A DNA stretch of 64,000 nt from Candidatus Gottesmanbacteria bacterium (GCA_963701185.1 OY969569.1:795548-859547); one strand, 5' to 3'; shown: positions 1-9,748, numbered from the stretch's first letter. Notes: generated by a model not told the origin, from the sequence alone. Numbers and translations: made by a program.

Positions 1-1
1 T

Positions 2-70
2 ATTATAACCTCTTTTCACCACAAGGTCAACCGTCCACTTGACAAGTAATCGATCCTAGCTTATTATAAT
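2..70. promoter_or_regulatory. Divergent sigma70-type promoters
   Basis: + strand: TTGACA (39-44), 17 bp, TATTAT (62-67). - strand: TTGACC (30-25), 17 bp, TATAAT (7-2). GTCCACT is repeated at 33-39 and 76-82. Confidence 0.6.
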
Positions 71-82
71 AATAAGTCCACT

Positions 83-769
83 ATGGCAAAACCGATTCTT
101 CGTAAAAAAGCTCGACTATTGCGTAAAAACGGATTTGGAGTAAAAACAATTGCCTATAAACTCCACGTTTCATCGAGCACCGTCAGTCAGTGGTGTAAAG
201 ACATTGAACTTACTCCTTTACAGATTGCCACTCTTGAAAAACGCCAACATGATCCTTTTTATGGACGTAGGCTTGCGTACGTAAAAGCGCAACAAAAGAA
301 ACGACAAGATAAAACTCTTGATCTGTTACATCGGGGGGTAAAAGACGTGGGTAAATTATCCAAACGCGAACTGTTTATTTCAGGTATCAGCCTCTATTGG
401 GCAGAGGGATTCAAAAAAGATAACCAAGTCGGATTCGCCAACTCCGACCCTACTATGACCCAATATTTTATCTTATGGCTCGAACAATGTTGTGATGTCA
501 ATAAAAATGCATTAAAACTTCGCGTCGGCGTCAACGAATCATACCGCGATAAAATTCAGGAAATCGAGTCCTTTTGGTCCAAAGCACTCAATATTCCAAC
601 AAGACAATTTCAAAAACCTTTTTTCCAACGTGTCCAATGGAAAAAACAATATGACCATCCAGAGAACTATCATGGTGTTTTACGCATCAGAGTAGCAAAA
701 AGCACGGATTTTTTGCGAAAAATCAATGGCTGGATTGAAGGCTTGAAACACAATTCTCTTGCTGGTTAA
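83..769 (+). CDS. HTH plus LAGLIDADG-like hypothetical protein (CPR-typical)
   Basis: N-terminal HTH (GVKTIAYKLHVSSSTVSQW). Central LYWAEG..FANSDP resembles a degenerate LAGLIDADG helix. Confidence 0.6.
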   Translation: MAKPILRKKARLLRKNGFGVKTIAYKLHVSSSTVSQWCKDIELTPLQIATLEKRQHDPFYGRRLAYVKAQQKKRQDKTLDLLHRGVKDVGKLSKRELFISGISLYWAEGFKKDNQVGFANSDPTMTQYFILWLEQCCDVNKNALKLRVGVNESYRDKIQEIESFWSKALNIPTRQFQKPFFQRVQWKKQYDHPENYHGVLRIRVAKSTDFLRKINGWIEGLKHNSLAG

Positions 770-935
770 ATATAATTATGCGAAAAAAAACATCAGAAAA
801 ATTCAAGAAAAACATACTATTTTGAGGGTAAAGATTCGCCAAAGGACTCGTGGCGAAGACACGTGGGACCAAACAAAAAAATTCAGATGATGAAAACTCA
901 AAAAACTTCTCTGCCTGATGACATATTAGAATAAT

Positions 936-964
936 TTGACATCTATTCCTGCCTTCCGTACAGT
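936..964 (+). promoter_or_regulatory. sigma70-type promoter
   Basis: TTGACA (936-941), 17 bp, TACAGT (959-964), upstream of ATG 974. Confidence 0.5.
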
Positions 965-973
965 TAATCTAGG

Positions 974-1540
974 ATGAAAAAGAAAAGTATTAAACGATAT
1001 GTCATCGGTATCTTCCTCCTCGTTACTTTAAACCTCGTTGTCCTCGATTATTTTTTCATAAAAACCTATATCAACGAGCGATACGTTTTGGGAGATGCGA
1101 CAACTGCTGCTGCGGCTTCCTGCCCGTCCGGATGCCTCACGGCAATCAACAAACTCGCAGGAACAACCGCATCAACATCTGTTGCCAAAGAATATTTTAT
1201 TCCGTTGGGCACCGGCACCAATGCCGCAAGCGATTGGACGGATGTCGTGGGCGCATCGGCTACCGTGGATACCGCGCAATATCCAAAGATTAAAAAAGTG
1301 GTATTTGAGGCAACGGTTTCTGTGCCTACCGGCGCGGCATATGTCCGCCTGTTCAATGCCACTGATAAACATCCGGTCTGGTTTTCGGAATTATCCATGA
1401 ATACCAGCGGGCCGACATTGCTCACCACTCAAGCAATTACACTCGACCGCGGGAGCAAGCTCTATCAGGTACAGATGAAAACACAACTTAAATATCCGGC
1501 AAACCTCAACCAATCCCGCATCCACATTACCACGTATTAA
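974..1540 (+). CDS. Membrane-anchored hypothetical protein
   Basis: 188-aa ORF with an N-terminal TM helix, a CxxxC linker and a beta-rich C-terminal domain. Confidence 0.7.
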   Translation: MKKKSIKRYVIGIFLLVTLNLVVLDYFFIKTYINERYVLGDATTAAAASCPSGCLTAINKLAGTTASTSVAKEYFIPLGTGTNAASDWTDVVGASATVDTAQYPKIKKVVFEATVSVPTGAAYVRLFNATDKHPVWFSELSMNTSGPTLLTTQAITLDRGSKLYQVQMKTQLKYPANLNQSRIHITTY

Positions 1541-1580
1541 TTGTTTTTGCGCCTCAAAACCGGTAAAATAAGACTCTGAC

Positions 1581-1652
1581 GTCAGGGTAGCTCAGTGGTA
1601 GAGCGGCAGTATCATAAACTGCATGTCGAGAGTCCGATCCTCTCCCCTGACA
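1581..1652 (+). tRNA. tRNA with CAT anticodon (elongator Met or Ile2)
   Basis: Acceptor stem GTCAGGG/CCCTGAC, D arm GCTC/GAGC, anticodon arm GCAGT-ATCATAA-ACTGC, T arm GAGAG-TCCGATC-CTCTC. CCA is not encoded. Confidence 0.9.
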
Positions 1653-1994
1653 CTAAAAAAACAGACTCCACCACTGTTTCCACGAAGGTAAATCCTGCGG
1701 GGTCTTTTGATTACCGGTTTTCACGTTCTGCGTTCTGTCCATAATGACCACCGTCTCCCCGGGGCGGACCAGTCCCAGTTTATCCCGCGCCTCCTGCTCA
1801 ATAAATGCCGGACTGGTAGCCTCCAAAAGCTGTTCGTTAAGCCGACTGTTTTCGGCAAGAAGCCCGTGAAGCACCCCTTGACGCTCGCTGATAATCCCTT
1901 TTTTTTGCGAGAGCGTATAGACGGATCGGACAATCCCGATCCCCATGGTAATGAGAATGACCAGAATCATACCCCGAATCAGTTTTCTTCCCAT
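1653..1994 (-). CDS. Septum formation initiator (FtsB/DivIC family)
   Basis: TM helix, coiled coil, and the motif FIEQEARDKLGLVRPGE. Confidence 0.85.
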   Translation of the reverse strand: MGRKLIRGMILVILITMGIGIVRSVYTLSQKKGIISERQGVLHGLLAENSRLNEQLLEATSPAFIEQEARDKLGLVRPGETVVIMDRTQNVKTGNQKTPQDLPSWKQWWSLFF

Positions 1995-2051
1995 ATTTTG
2001 CTCCCTTGAAATCAAGCGTGTTCAATGATATTATAGGACTCTAACATCTTT

Positions 2052-2912
2052 ATGGCACTTGATCTCAAAACTTCCCATACGCAATTCACCGAATACCTTG
2101 AAAGCCGCAGACGCGCCCGCGCTACTATCGTAGCATACGGTAAAGACATCGAACAGGTGACCACATTTCTTGCCAATATGGGCAAGAAAACGATCCACGA
2201 CGTCAGTCGGGATGAGCTTGAGGCGTTTTTGAAGAAGCTTGCCGCCGACCGCTATACGCCAAAATCGATCTCGCGCAAGATTAACTCCATAAAGACCTTT
2301 TTCCGATTTTTAAAGGCCTCCGGCGCCGTTTCGATGGATCCGGCAATCGAGATAGCTCACCCCAAATATGAGGTCAAACCCCCGAGGATTTTGTCAAAAA
2401 TTGAATACCGGGCTCTGCGGGACGCATGCCGCGGCGACATACGTATGTACGCCATCGTTGAGCTGTTTTTGCAAACCGGCATCCGGATTGGTGAGCTTGC
2501 CGCCCTCAGCCTTGCCGATGTCAAGGATAGTGAACTTCATATTGCCGCCCAGGAAGGACATGCAGAGCGCATGGTGCCGCTCAATAAGGCCGCCAAAGAG
2601 GCTTTGGACCGCTATATTGCGGTACGAAGTCCGAAAGCCGCCAGTCCTGCACTCTTTGTCACCAAAACCGGACGGGCGCTCCTGATCCGTAACATCCGCA
2701 CGGCTATTGACCGGTATTTCCGCATTGCAGGCATTGAAGGAGCAAAAGTCAACGATTTGCGCCACACGTTCATTGCCCATCATCTGATGGCGGGAACATC
2801 CATTACCACGCTTTCAAAACTCGTCGGCCACAAACGTCTCTCGACGACCGAGCGCTACCTTGAACTCGTCAAGGACAAAGGCACGGACACGGTTAAATTG
2901 GAAGAATTGTAA
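2052..2912 (+). CDS. Tyrosine recombinase, XerC/XerD-like
   Basis: SAM-like N-terminal domain; TGIRIGE, DLRH, LVGH and TERY catalytic motifs. Confidence 0.85.
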   Translation: MALDLKTSHTQFTEYLESRRRARATIVAYGKDIEQVTTFLANMGKKTIHDVSRDELEAFLKKLAADRYTPKSISRKINSIKTFFRFLKASGAVSMDPAIEIAHPKYEVKPPRILSKIEYRALRDACRGDIRMYAIVELFLQTGIRIGELAALSLADVKDSELHIAAQEGHAERMVPLNKAAKEALDRYIAVRSPKAASPALFVTKTGRALLIRNIRTAIDRYFRIAGIEGAKVNDLRHTFIAHHLMAGTSITTLSKLVGHKRLSTTERYLELVKDKGTDTVKLEEL

Positions 2913-2932
2913 ATATACGCTACAATTGCCTC

Positions 2933-5014
2933 ATGGACAAAGCGTATACTCCCCAAACGGTAGAAGCGGCGATTTATACACTCTGGGAAACCGGAGGATA
3001 TTTTTCTCCGAACATGGACGGGTCAAAAATTCCCTTCTCTGTCCTTCTGCCTCCCCCCAACGCCAATGCGGATTTGCATTTGGGTCACGCAATGTACGTG
3101 GTTGAGGATATTATGATCCGCTACCACCGCATGAAGGGCGACCCCACGCTCTGGCTGCCCGGCGCCGACCACGCAGGTTTTGAAACGCAGTTCGTCTATG
3201 AAAAATATCTTGCCAAACAGGATAAAAGCCGCTTCGATTTCGACCGCGGGACGCTTTATAAAAACATCTGGGATTTTGTCGCGGCAAACCGCGGCACGAT
3301 GGAAAACCAACTCCGGCGCCTTGGATTTTCACTTGATTGGTCCAGAAACATTTTTACCCTTGATCCCAAAATTGTCGCCATCGTCTATCAAACATTCAAA
3401 AAATTATTCTATGACGGGCTCGTGTACCGCGATGCGAGACTGGTCAACTACTGCACGAAAGATGGGACGAGCTTCTCTGACCTTGAGGTCAAACATGTGG
3501 AGCGCATTGACCCTCTGTATTACATGAAATATGGGCCGTTTGTCCTCGCCAGCGTCCGGCCGGAAACCAAATTCGGCGATACCGCCGTAGCCGTCAATCC
3601 TAAAGATAAACGCTATACACAGTGGGTCGGCAAGGAAATTACGGTTGAAGGATTATTGGGGCCGTTTAAGGTAGTGGTGGTTGCGGATTCGGCTATTGAT
3701 CCGGCATTCGGCACGGGGGTTGCCAAAGTGACGCCCTTCCATGATATGACGGATTTTCAAATCGCCAAACGCCATAATCTGCCCGCCAAACAGGTCATCG
3801 GTTTTGACGGCAGGCTGACCAAAATCGCCGGCCCGTACGCGGGAATGAAAGTCAAAGCCGCACGGGAACAAATCGTCAAGGATATGGTCGCCCGCGGTCT
3901 CATGGATCACATTGATGAAACCTATACCCATACGGTCGCCACCTGCTACAAATGCGGCAATGTTCTTGAGCCGCTCCCCCTTTCCCAGTGGTATGTCAAA
4001 GTAAAACCACTCGCCGATGAGGCCAAAAAAGTAATAAAAGAAAAGAAAATCACATTTGTTCCCAAACGCTTTGAAAAAATAGCCAATCAGTGGCTGACTA
4101 ATTTCCATGACTGGAACATAAGCCGCCAGATTGTGTGGGGCATTCGGATTCCGGCCTGGAAATGCGAAGACTGTACGACGCCCGAACAGGAATACTGGGT
4201 TGTTACACAGGGCGAAATTCCGACCAATTGTACCAAGTGCGGCGGCACGCGGCTCACACAGGATATCGATACGTTTGATACGTGGTTTTCTTCCGGCCAA
4301 TGGCCGTTTGCGACACTCAAGGCCAGTGAACCGAGTGATTTTGAATATTTTTACCCGACGTCGGTTATGGAAACCGGCTACGACATTCTCCCCTGGTGGG
4401 TGTGCCGCATGATGATGCTGGGACTCTATATTACCGGCAAAGTACCGTTTAAGACGGTCTATCTTCACGGTTTAGTGCGCGATGCCAAAGGCCAGAAGAT
4501 GAGCAAAAGCAAGGGAAATGTGGTGAATCCCCTCAAGATGGTTGACCAGTACGGCGCCGATGCACTGCGGTTCACGCTCGTTTTCGGAGCGGCGCCGGGA
4601 AGCGATATCGCCGTCTCGGAAGACAAAATCCGCGGCATGCGGAATTTCGCCAATAAAATATGGAATGCATCACGTTTTATCACGTTATTTCAATCTGAAA
4701 CCAAAGAAGGAAAACAAGATAAAGAATGTAATAAAAAAATAAAAGATGTTACGAAAAAAGTCACGTCATATATGGAAAAATATAGATTCAACAATGCCGC
4801 CGAGCTCTTGTATGAAAGTTTTTGGCATTGGTTCTGCGATCAGGCAATCGAGCAGGCAAAAAACGGCGAGATTTCAAAGCGTGCACTTCAAGAAGGATTG
4901 CTGACATACCTCAAACTTCTCCATCCCTTTATGCCGTTTGTGACGGAAGAACTCTATCAGAAAATTCCCGGGTGGGATGGTATCCCTCTTATTGTGTCCC
5001 CGTGGCCTGTGTAA
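2933..5014 (+). CDS. valS: Valine--tRNA ligase
   Basis: PPPNANADLHLGHA (HIGH motif), DWNISRQIVWG, DTWFSS and KMSKS. Confidence 0.97.
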   Translation: MDKAYTPQTVEAAIYTLWETGGYFSPNMDGSKIPFSVLLPPPNANADLHLGHAMYVVEDIMIRYHRMKGDPTLWLPGADHAGFETQFVYEKYLAKQDKSRFDFDRGTLYKNIWDFVAANRGTMENQLRRLGFSLDWSRNIFTLDPKIVAIVYQTFKKLFYDGLVYRDARLVNYCTKDGTSFSDLEVKHVERIDPLYYMKYGPFVLASVRPETKFGDTAVAVNPKDKRYTQWVGKEITVEGLLGPFKVVVVADSAIDPAFGTGVAKVTPFHDMTDFQIAKRHNLPAKQVIGFDGRLTKIAGPYAGMKVKAAREQIVKDMVARGLMDHIDETYTHTVATCYKCGNVLEPLPLSQWYVKVKPLADEAKKVIKEKKITFVPKRFEKIANQWLTNFHDWNISRQIVWGIRIPAWKCEDCTTPEQEYWVVTQGEIPTNCTKCGGTRLTQDIDTFDTWFSSGQWPFATLKASEPSDFEYFYPTSVMETGYDILPWWVCRMMMLGLYITGKVPFKTVYLHGLVRDAKGQKMSKSKGNVVNPLKMVDQYGADALRFTLVFGAAPGSDIAVSEDKIRGMRNFANKIWNASRFITLFQSETKEGKQDKECNKKIKDVTKKVTSYMEKYRFNNAAELLYESFWHWFCDQAIEQAKNGEISKRALQEGLLTYLKLLHPFMPFVTEELYQKIPGWDGIPLIVSPWPV

Positions 5015-5015
5015 T

Positions 5016-5049
5016 TGTCATTCCCGCGAAGGCGGGAATCGGTTTTGGT
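5016..5049 (+). repeat. REP-like palindrome, half element (copy A)
   Basis: TGTCATTCCCGCGAAGGCGGGAATCGGTTTTGGT; matches the copies at 18709, 47275 and 55823. Confidence 0.85.
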
Positions 5050-5059
5050 ATTGTCCGAA

Positions 5060-5803
5060 TTAGTTTCCCGAGGTTGTCGCTGGTGTTGGCGTCGAAGAAA
5101 AATCAAGCGTTGAGATGATCTGGGTGAAGAGCGCGTCGTCGCGAGCCCAATCCGCAGTGACACCAACCGGCGTAAAGTGATTAATTTCCAAAGTGAGAGC
5201 CGGCGTCACTTCAATCATAAACCCGTGCATTTGTGTAAACCCGTAGCCGCCGGTCGTGCGGCCCGAGAATGTACCGGTATATTCAATAGCCGTATGCCCC
5301 GACATAGTCGCATCATGGCTGGTAAATGCCGTCCCTGCAACGTCCGTGATAACCGCACCGCGAAGACTGGATAATGACTGCGTGACAGTTTTGGGCGACA
5401 TTGTCAGTCTTGTGCCGCCCGGCAGATTCGTCCCCTGTGAGATACATCCTGCCACATCGCACGCGGGCGCCATAACATCCGGCGGCAATTTATACGAAAT
5501 TCCGGCGGCGGTATTCGTCCGCCAGTTAGCGAACGGATCCGCAGGTGTGGGGGTTGCGACGATCGGAGTCGGAGTTGGAACCCGGCCGCTCGCATTGTTC
5601 AGACCTGACAAAAATGGTAGGAGGTATGGTGAAAGAACTATGCCGGCAGCGACCAAAAGAATCAACAGGAGAATTGTGAAAACCGGAGAACCGCGGGAGA
5701 GGGCAGGCATCGGCGGAGGTGGAGGTACCTGCGGTTGCGTCGGCTCAGGCATATCCATGGGGATTTCCGGCGTTTCTTCGATAGGAAGCGGAGTATCATT
5801 CAT
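5060..5803 (-). CDS. Pro-rich single-pass membrane protein
   Basis: Pro-rich N-terminus, TM helix, PT linker and a PsbP-like extracellular domain. Confidence 0.7.
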   Translation of the reverse strand: MNDTPLPIEETPEIPMDMPEPTQPQVPPPPPMPALSRGSPVFTILLLILLVAAGIVLSPYLLPFLSGLNNASGRVPTPTPIVATPTPADPFANWRTNTAAGISYKLPPDVMAPACDVAGCISQGTNLPGGTRLTMSPKTVTQSLSSLRGAVITDVAGTAFTSHDATMSGHTAIEYTGTFSGRTTGGYGFTQMHGFMIEVTPALTLEINHFTPVGVTADWARDDALFTQIISTLDFSSTPTPATTSGN

Positions 5804-5857
5804 AACTCTATTGTTCCATGGTCCCCGCAGGGTGTCAACGCGAAAATTCTCCGGTTT

Positions 5858-6421
5858 TTATGCTCTCTCGAGGTAGGTTCCTGTTTCCGGATCGATGGCA
5901 ATCGTTTCGCCTTCTTTAATGAAGAGCGGCACGGTGACGACAGCACCGGTCTCGACAATCACGGTTTTGGTTGCCCCCGATACGGTATTACCCTTGGCGC
6001 CTTCCGTGGCCTCGGTTACCTTGAGGCGCACTTTTTTGGGGAACCGCAGTCCCACGGCTTCTTCACCATTCACCAACACCTGGTAGACATCGTTGGGTTT
6101 TAAATAATTAACATAAATACCTAACATGGCGGCGGGAATGTTGTACTGTTCGTAGGACGTATTGTCCATAAACACATAATTATCGTTTTCTTTGTAGAGA
6201 TACTGCATTTCGCGCGTGGCGATGGATACTTCCGTCACGGATTCGCCGGATTTGTAGGTAAATTCCTGCACCTTGCCGGTTTTCAAAGACTTAAGCCGGG
6301 TCCGCACAAACGCCGAACCCTTCCCGGGATTCACATGAGTCGCCTCCACAATCTGATGGGGTTCGCCTTTGAATTCGATAAATGTACTCTTGGTAAAATC
6401 GCCGGTGGTAATTGTAGCCAT
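5858..6421 (-). CDS. efp: Elongation factor P
   Basis: HVNPGKGSAFVR loop and ETGAVVTVPLFIKEGE. Confidence 0.97.
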   Translation of the reverse strand: MATITTGDFTKSTFIEFKGEPHQIVEATHVNPGKGSAFVRTRLKSLKTGKVQEFTYKSGESVTEVSIATREMQYLYKENDNYVFMDNTSYEQYNIPAAMLGIYVNYLKPNDVYQVLVNGEEAVGLRFPKKVRLKVTEATEGAKGNTVSGATKTVIVETGAVVTVPLFIKEGETIAIDPETGTYLERA

Positions 6422-6428
6422 AGAATCC

Positions 6429-7415
6429 TCAAATTATATCAAATTCTTCGCGGGCTGGGAAGAACAAGGTGTCTGCAATGTCCGTCACACCGGCCAAAAG
6501 CATGACGAGGCGATCAACGCCCACAGCGATGCCGCTGCATTTTGGAAGTCCTACTTTCAGGGCGTCAATAAAATCGTGATCATAATCGTACGTCGTTTTC
6601 CCCAGACGTTTGAGCTCAACAAGTTCTTTTTTAAACCGCTCTTCCTGCTCAACGGGGTCCGTGAGTTCCGAATACGCATCGGCGAGCTCCAAGCCGCCCG
6701 CATACACTTCAAAACGCTCCGCAAATCTCGAGTCACGTTCTTTTTTCTTCGCAAGAGCCGCAAGTACCACCGGAAATTCATACAGAATCGTGGCTGTTTT
6801 CCCCCGTCCTAAATGAGATTCTACTTCGTTTAAGAATATCTGGTTATACTGCTCTTCCCATGTTGTACGCTCGTTGAGCGTATACCCTTTCTTCCGGGCA
6901 ATTTCGGGCGCATGATCAAAAAATTCATCAAAATTCACACCTGCATATTTTTTAAATGCAGCGGCCACGGTGATGCGTTCCCACTGATAATGAAGTCCGA
7001 TATGTGTAAATAACCTTTCACATTCATCCATGATATCGGTATAGTCTGCGCCCGCGCGGTACCACTCAAGAATCGTAAATTCGGGGTTATGGGTCCGGCT
7101 ATGCGTTTCCGTGTTGCGGAAACTTTTGGTAATGGCAAAACAATTACCCAAGCCCGCAACCATGAGCTTCTTTAAAGGAACTTCCGGGGACGTGGAGAGA
7201 TACGCGGGGGTTGCGCGGCGGGCCCGGTCAAGAAGTTTCGTTTCAAATACGTCCAAATATGATTCGGCCGGCGGATGGGCAATGAGGAGGGGCGTTTCTA
7301 TTTCGTGGAACTTCTCTTTTTCAAAAAATGACCGGATCGCACGGATTACCTTTTCGCGGACGAAATACCGCTCCCATAATTCCGGATGATCATGAAGTTT
7401 ACGCCAAGTACTCAT
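6429..7415 (-). CDS. epmA: EF-P lysine aminoacylase (EpmA/GenX, LysRS catalytic-domain paralog)
   Basis: YLSTSPE, FRN..HNPEFTILEWY, ERFEVY and GIAVGVDRL; no anticodon domain; adjacent to efp. Confidence 0.9.
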   Translation of the reverse strand: MSTWRKLHDHPELWERYFVREKVIRAIRSFFEKEKFHEIETPLLIAHPPAESYLDVFETKLLDRARRATPAYLSTSPEVPLKKLMVAGLGNCFAITKSFRNTETHSRTHNPEFTILEWYRAGADYTDIMDECERLFTHIGLHYQWERITVAAAFKKYAGVNFDEFFDHAPEIARKKGYTLNERTTWEEQYNQIFLNEVESHLGRGKTATILYEFPVVLAALAKKKERDSRFAERFEVYAGGLELADAYSELTDPVEQEERFKKELVELKRLGKTTYDYDHDFIDALKVGLPKCSGIAVGVDRLVMLLAGVTDIADTLFFPAREEFDII

Positions 7416-7467
7416 GAATAGATTGTACTACGGCGCTTTATAATTTCAAAGCTTAGCTTTAAAATAA

Positions 7468-8130
7468 TTAAAATAATAACGTGTTAAAAAGTGATACAAC
7501 CTTCTTTACATCAAGCGTGTATCCTCCTGTTATTTTCTCACTTACCTGGAAGCTCAACCAGTGAGCGGTTGGACTGGCAAATTCAAATTCTAGTCCGGTA
7601 TAATTTTTCTCATTGGATAATAGTTTAGGGTGCTTTGCTAGTTGTTGTCTCACGTGTTCCCCTGTTATTGCTGAATCGCCGGGTTTCCAAATCTCGCACG
7701 GACCAAACGTCATCCACCAATCTACCACACCCAACACGGTTGAGTTCGGTTGTCCAGAAAAAAATGTTCCGGTTTGCGCATGTAACGATTTCCCCAATGC
7801 CCGAACTACCGCTGGAAATGACGTGTTACCGAATTCCTGTATAACGGATAAATATAGAAGCAAAAACTCGTGCGGATCACGTGCGTTTTTCAGTTGGGGC
7901 GAGTGCTGGATACCGAAGTAAAAATCATGCCCATCTTTGGTTTTATAAAATAATTCCACTGCCACAATCTCGGGGCGTTTTCCTAAAAATTCATTCACGC
8001 GCGCCTCACTATATTCAAACTGAGAAATGGGAATCCTCCATGCATTTTCCCATCTACGATTAACCGCCATTTGAAGCTTATATGGGGTAGAAACCAACAA
8101 ATTGGCTACTGACTCAATAAGTGTAGCCAT
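7468..8130 (-). CDS. Hypothetical protein (AT-richer than flanks)
   Basis: Long ORF in operon orientation; ATG at 8130 just after the upstream gene's stop. Confidence 0.6.
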   Translation of the reverse strand: MATLIESVANLLVSTPYKLQMAVNRRWENAWRIPISQFEYSEARVNEFLGKRPEIVAVELFYKTKDGHDFYFGIQHSPQLKNARDPHEFLLLYLSVIQEFGNTSFPAVVRALGKSLHAQTGTFFSGQPNSTVLGVVDWWMTFGPCEIWKPGDSAITGEHVRQQLAKHPKLLSNEKNYTGLEFEFASPTAHWLSFQVSEKITGGYTLDVKKVVSLFNTLLF

Positions 8131-8140
8131 ATGTATGAGC

Positions 8141-8386
8141 TTATCGTGACCGACGCGCTGTCTTTTTACCGCTAAATGCGCGGGCGACAAAAATAAGATA
8201 GATGATCTCCAGTATTCCCAGGGTATGAACCAACAGGAAAAGGATAAACCACCATTTCTCCTGGCGACGGGCGGCGTGCCAGAGCGCTAGTCCCGTCCAA
8301 AGCAAAGACCAGATTGCAAAAGGGATCACTCCCCACCCGAACCAACCGGTGGACATCATCGAACCGTTTCCTAAATACCACGGCAT
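8141..8386 (-). CDS. DUF5652-type small membrane protein
   Basis: WTGLALWHAARRQEKWWF..HTLGILEIIY pattern. Confidence 0.75.
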   Translation of the reverse strand: MPWYLGNGSMMSTGWFGWGVIPFAIWSLLWTGLALWHAARRQEKWWFILFLLVHTLGILEIIYLIFVARAFSGKKTARRSR

Positions 8387-8389
8387 ATC

Positions 8390-9046
8390 TTATTCCTCCT
8401 TTATATTTATTGATTGTAGCACAGTGGGGGTAACGGGTTTGGAGTCCTCCCCTATTCCGTTATCTGTGACGGGCGCCGATGCGATAGCATCGAGCGTGGC
8501 GAGACTGGCCGTATCAGACGGATTGATCGCCCCGAAAATAACGTATTGTTTGGGCAACGGATAATCCTTGTGCATGATGAAAAACTGGCTTCCATTGGTG
8601 TTGGGACCGCTGTTGGCCATGGCAATCGTGCCGCGGGTATACTCACGGGTAATCGGCTCATCGACAAACGAATACCCCGGGCCGCCCGTCCCGTTCCCCT
8701 TCGGGTCGCCGCCCTGGATCATAAAGCCTTTCATGACGCGGTGGAAAATCGTGTTGGCGTAAAATCCTGCGCGCGCCAGTACGACAAAGTTATTGACCGT
8801 CACCGGCGTATCTTTGGCAAATAACCCGACAACCATTGTCCCTTTATCCGTTACGATTGTTGCCGTATACGTTTTATTGGAATCTATGGCCATTGCCGGC
8901 GGGCTGTTATATTGTTTTGTCATAGGTGTTTCCTCAACTTGTTTTACTTTTGTCGGTGACGGACTTTTTGTGGCAGATTTCCAAATAAATACTCCGCCCA
9001 CAGTCACGACTACTAATAGAATCGCAAGGATATACGTTTTCTTCAT
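8390..9046 (-). CDS. Membrane-anchored cyclophilin-type peptidylprolyl isomerase
   Basis: FHRVMKGFMIQGGDP and AMANSGPNTNGSQFF. Confidence 0.95.
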   Translation of the reverse strand: MKKTYILAILLVVVTVGGVFIWKSATKSPSPTKVKQVEETPMTKQYNSPPAMAIDSNKTYTATIVTDKGTMVVGLFAKDTPVTVNNFVVLARAGFYANTIFHRVMKGFMIQGGDPKGNGTGGPGYSFVDEPITREYTRGTIAMANSGPNTNGSQFFIMHKDYPLPKQYVIFGAINPSDTASLATLDAIASAPVTDNGIGEDSKPVTPTVLQSINIKEE

Positions 9047-9052
9047 GCCTAG

Positions 9053-9697
9053 TTACAAAAATCGGAGAATGCGTGCTTTTGCTTTAATCTCGGCAAACCA
9101 TGTCTGCAGCTTCTGGTTCATCTGTTGGGAAAAAATAGCCTGTCTGGCTTCTTCTTTTACCCCGGCTTCGTCGGTTGCCGTGAGCGTCGACCCGCTGGTG
9201 GCAATATAGTTGGCAACTTCATCATCCGTGATCGTAATATCCTTCCCTAGCAGTTTTTCAACCGTCAACTGGATGCGGAGCTGATCTTCAAAATCCGACT
9301 TCGTCATGCCCTGGTATTGAAGAACATCCTCAAGACTTACCGTGCCGCCTAGGCTTTTAATAAGATCCGATTCTTTTTTGGCAATTTCCTCCTGCGAGAC
9401 ACGAACATTGGCTTTCCTGGCTTCCGAATCAACGAGCGATTGGCTGATCATGCTGTCCAACGTTTGAGCCCCGAACCGGCTTGCCATGACCTTATTGAGC
9501 TGCCACCGAAATATCGGTCTGCCGTTGACGACCGCGGCAACCAACAATCCCTTGTTGGACACAAAAATGGCGACCAATCCGAGGATAACGACAACGAGGG
9601 CCGCCTTCGCAATCGGGAACCGGCGCTTGGGTTGTACGGGTTGCATGGGTATAAGATCTTCCGGGGGTAATTTTTTAACGGATTTTTTTCGTGCCAT
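9053..9697 (-). CDS. SurA N-terminal-domain / PrsA-like foldase
   Basis: TM anchor, AAVVNGRPI motif, C-terminal LQTWFAEIKAKA; no parvulin domain. Confidence 0.8.
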   Translation of the reverse strand: MARKKSVKKLPPEDLIPMQPVQPKRRFPIAKAALVVVILGLVAIFVSNKGLLVAAVVNGRPIFRWQLNKVMASRFGAQTLDSMISQSLVDSEARKANVRVSQEEIAKKESDLIKSLGGTVSLEDVLQYQGMTKSDFEDQLRIQLTVEKLLGKDITITDDEVANYIATSGSTLTATDEAGVKEEARQAIFSQQMNQKLQTWFAEIKAKARILRFL

Positions 9698-9748
9698 ATG
9701 GTCTCCTTTATATGTAACGGATAATGCAGGAAGGATATCACAGTAGCT

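Noticed and set aside
778-934. Small ORF that would need a frameshift in an A8 run
   Set aside because: Too short, with no recognisable motif.
1581-2912. tRNA plus tyrosine recombinase as an integrated element
   Set aside because: No duplicated tRNA 3' end was seen, and the neighbours are core genes (ftsB-like, valS).
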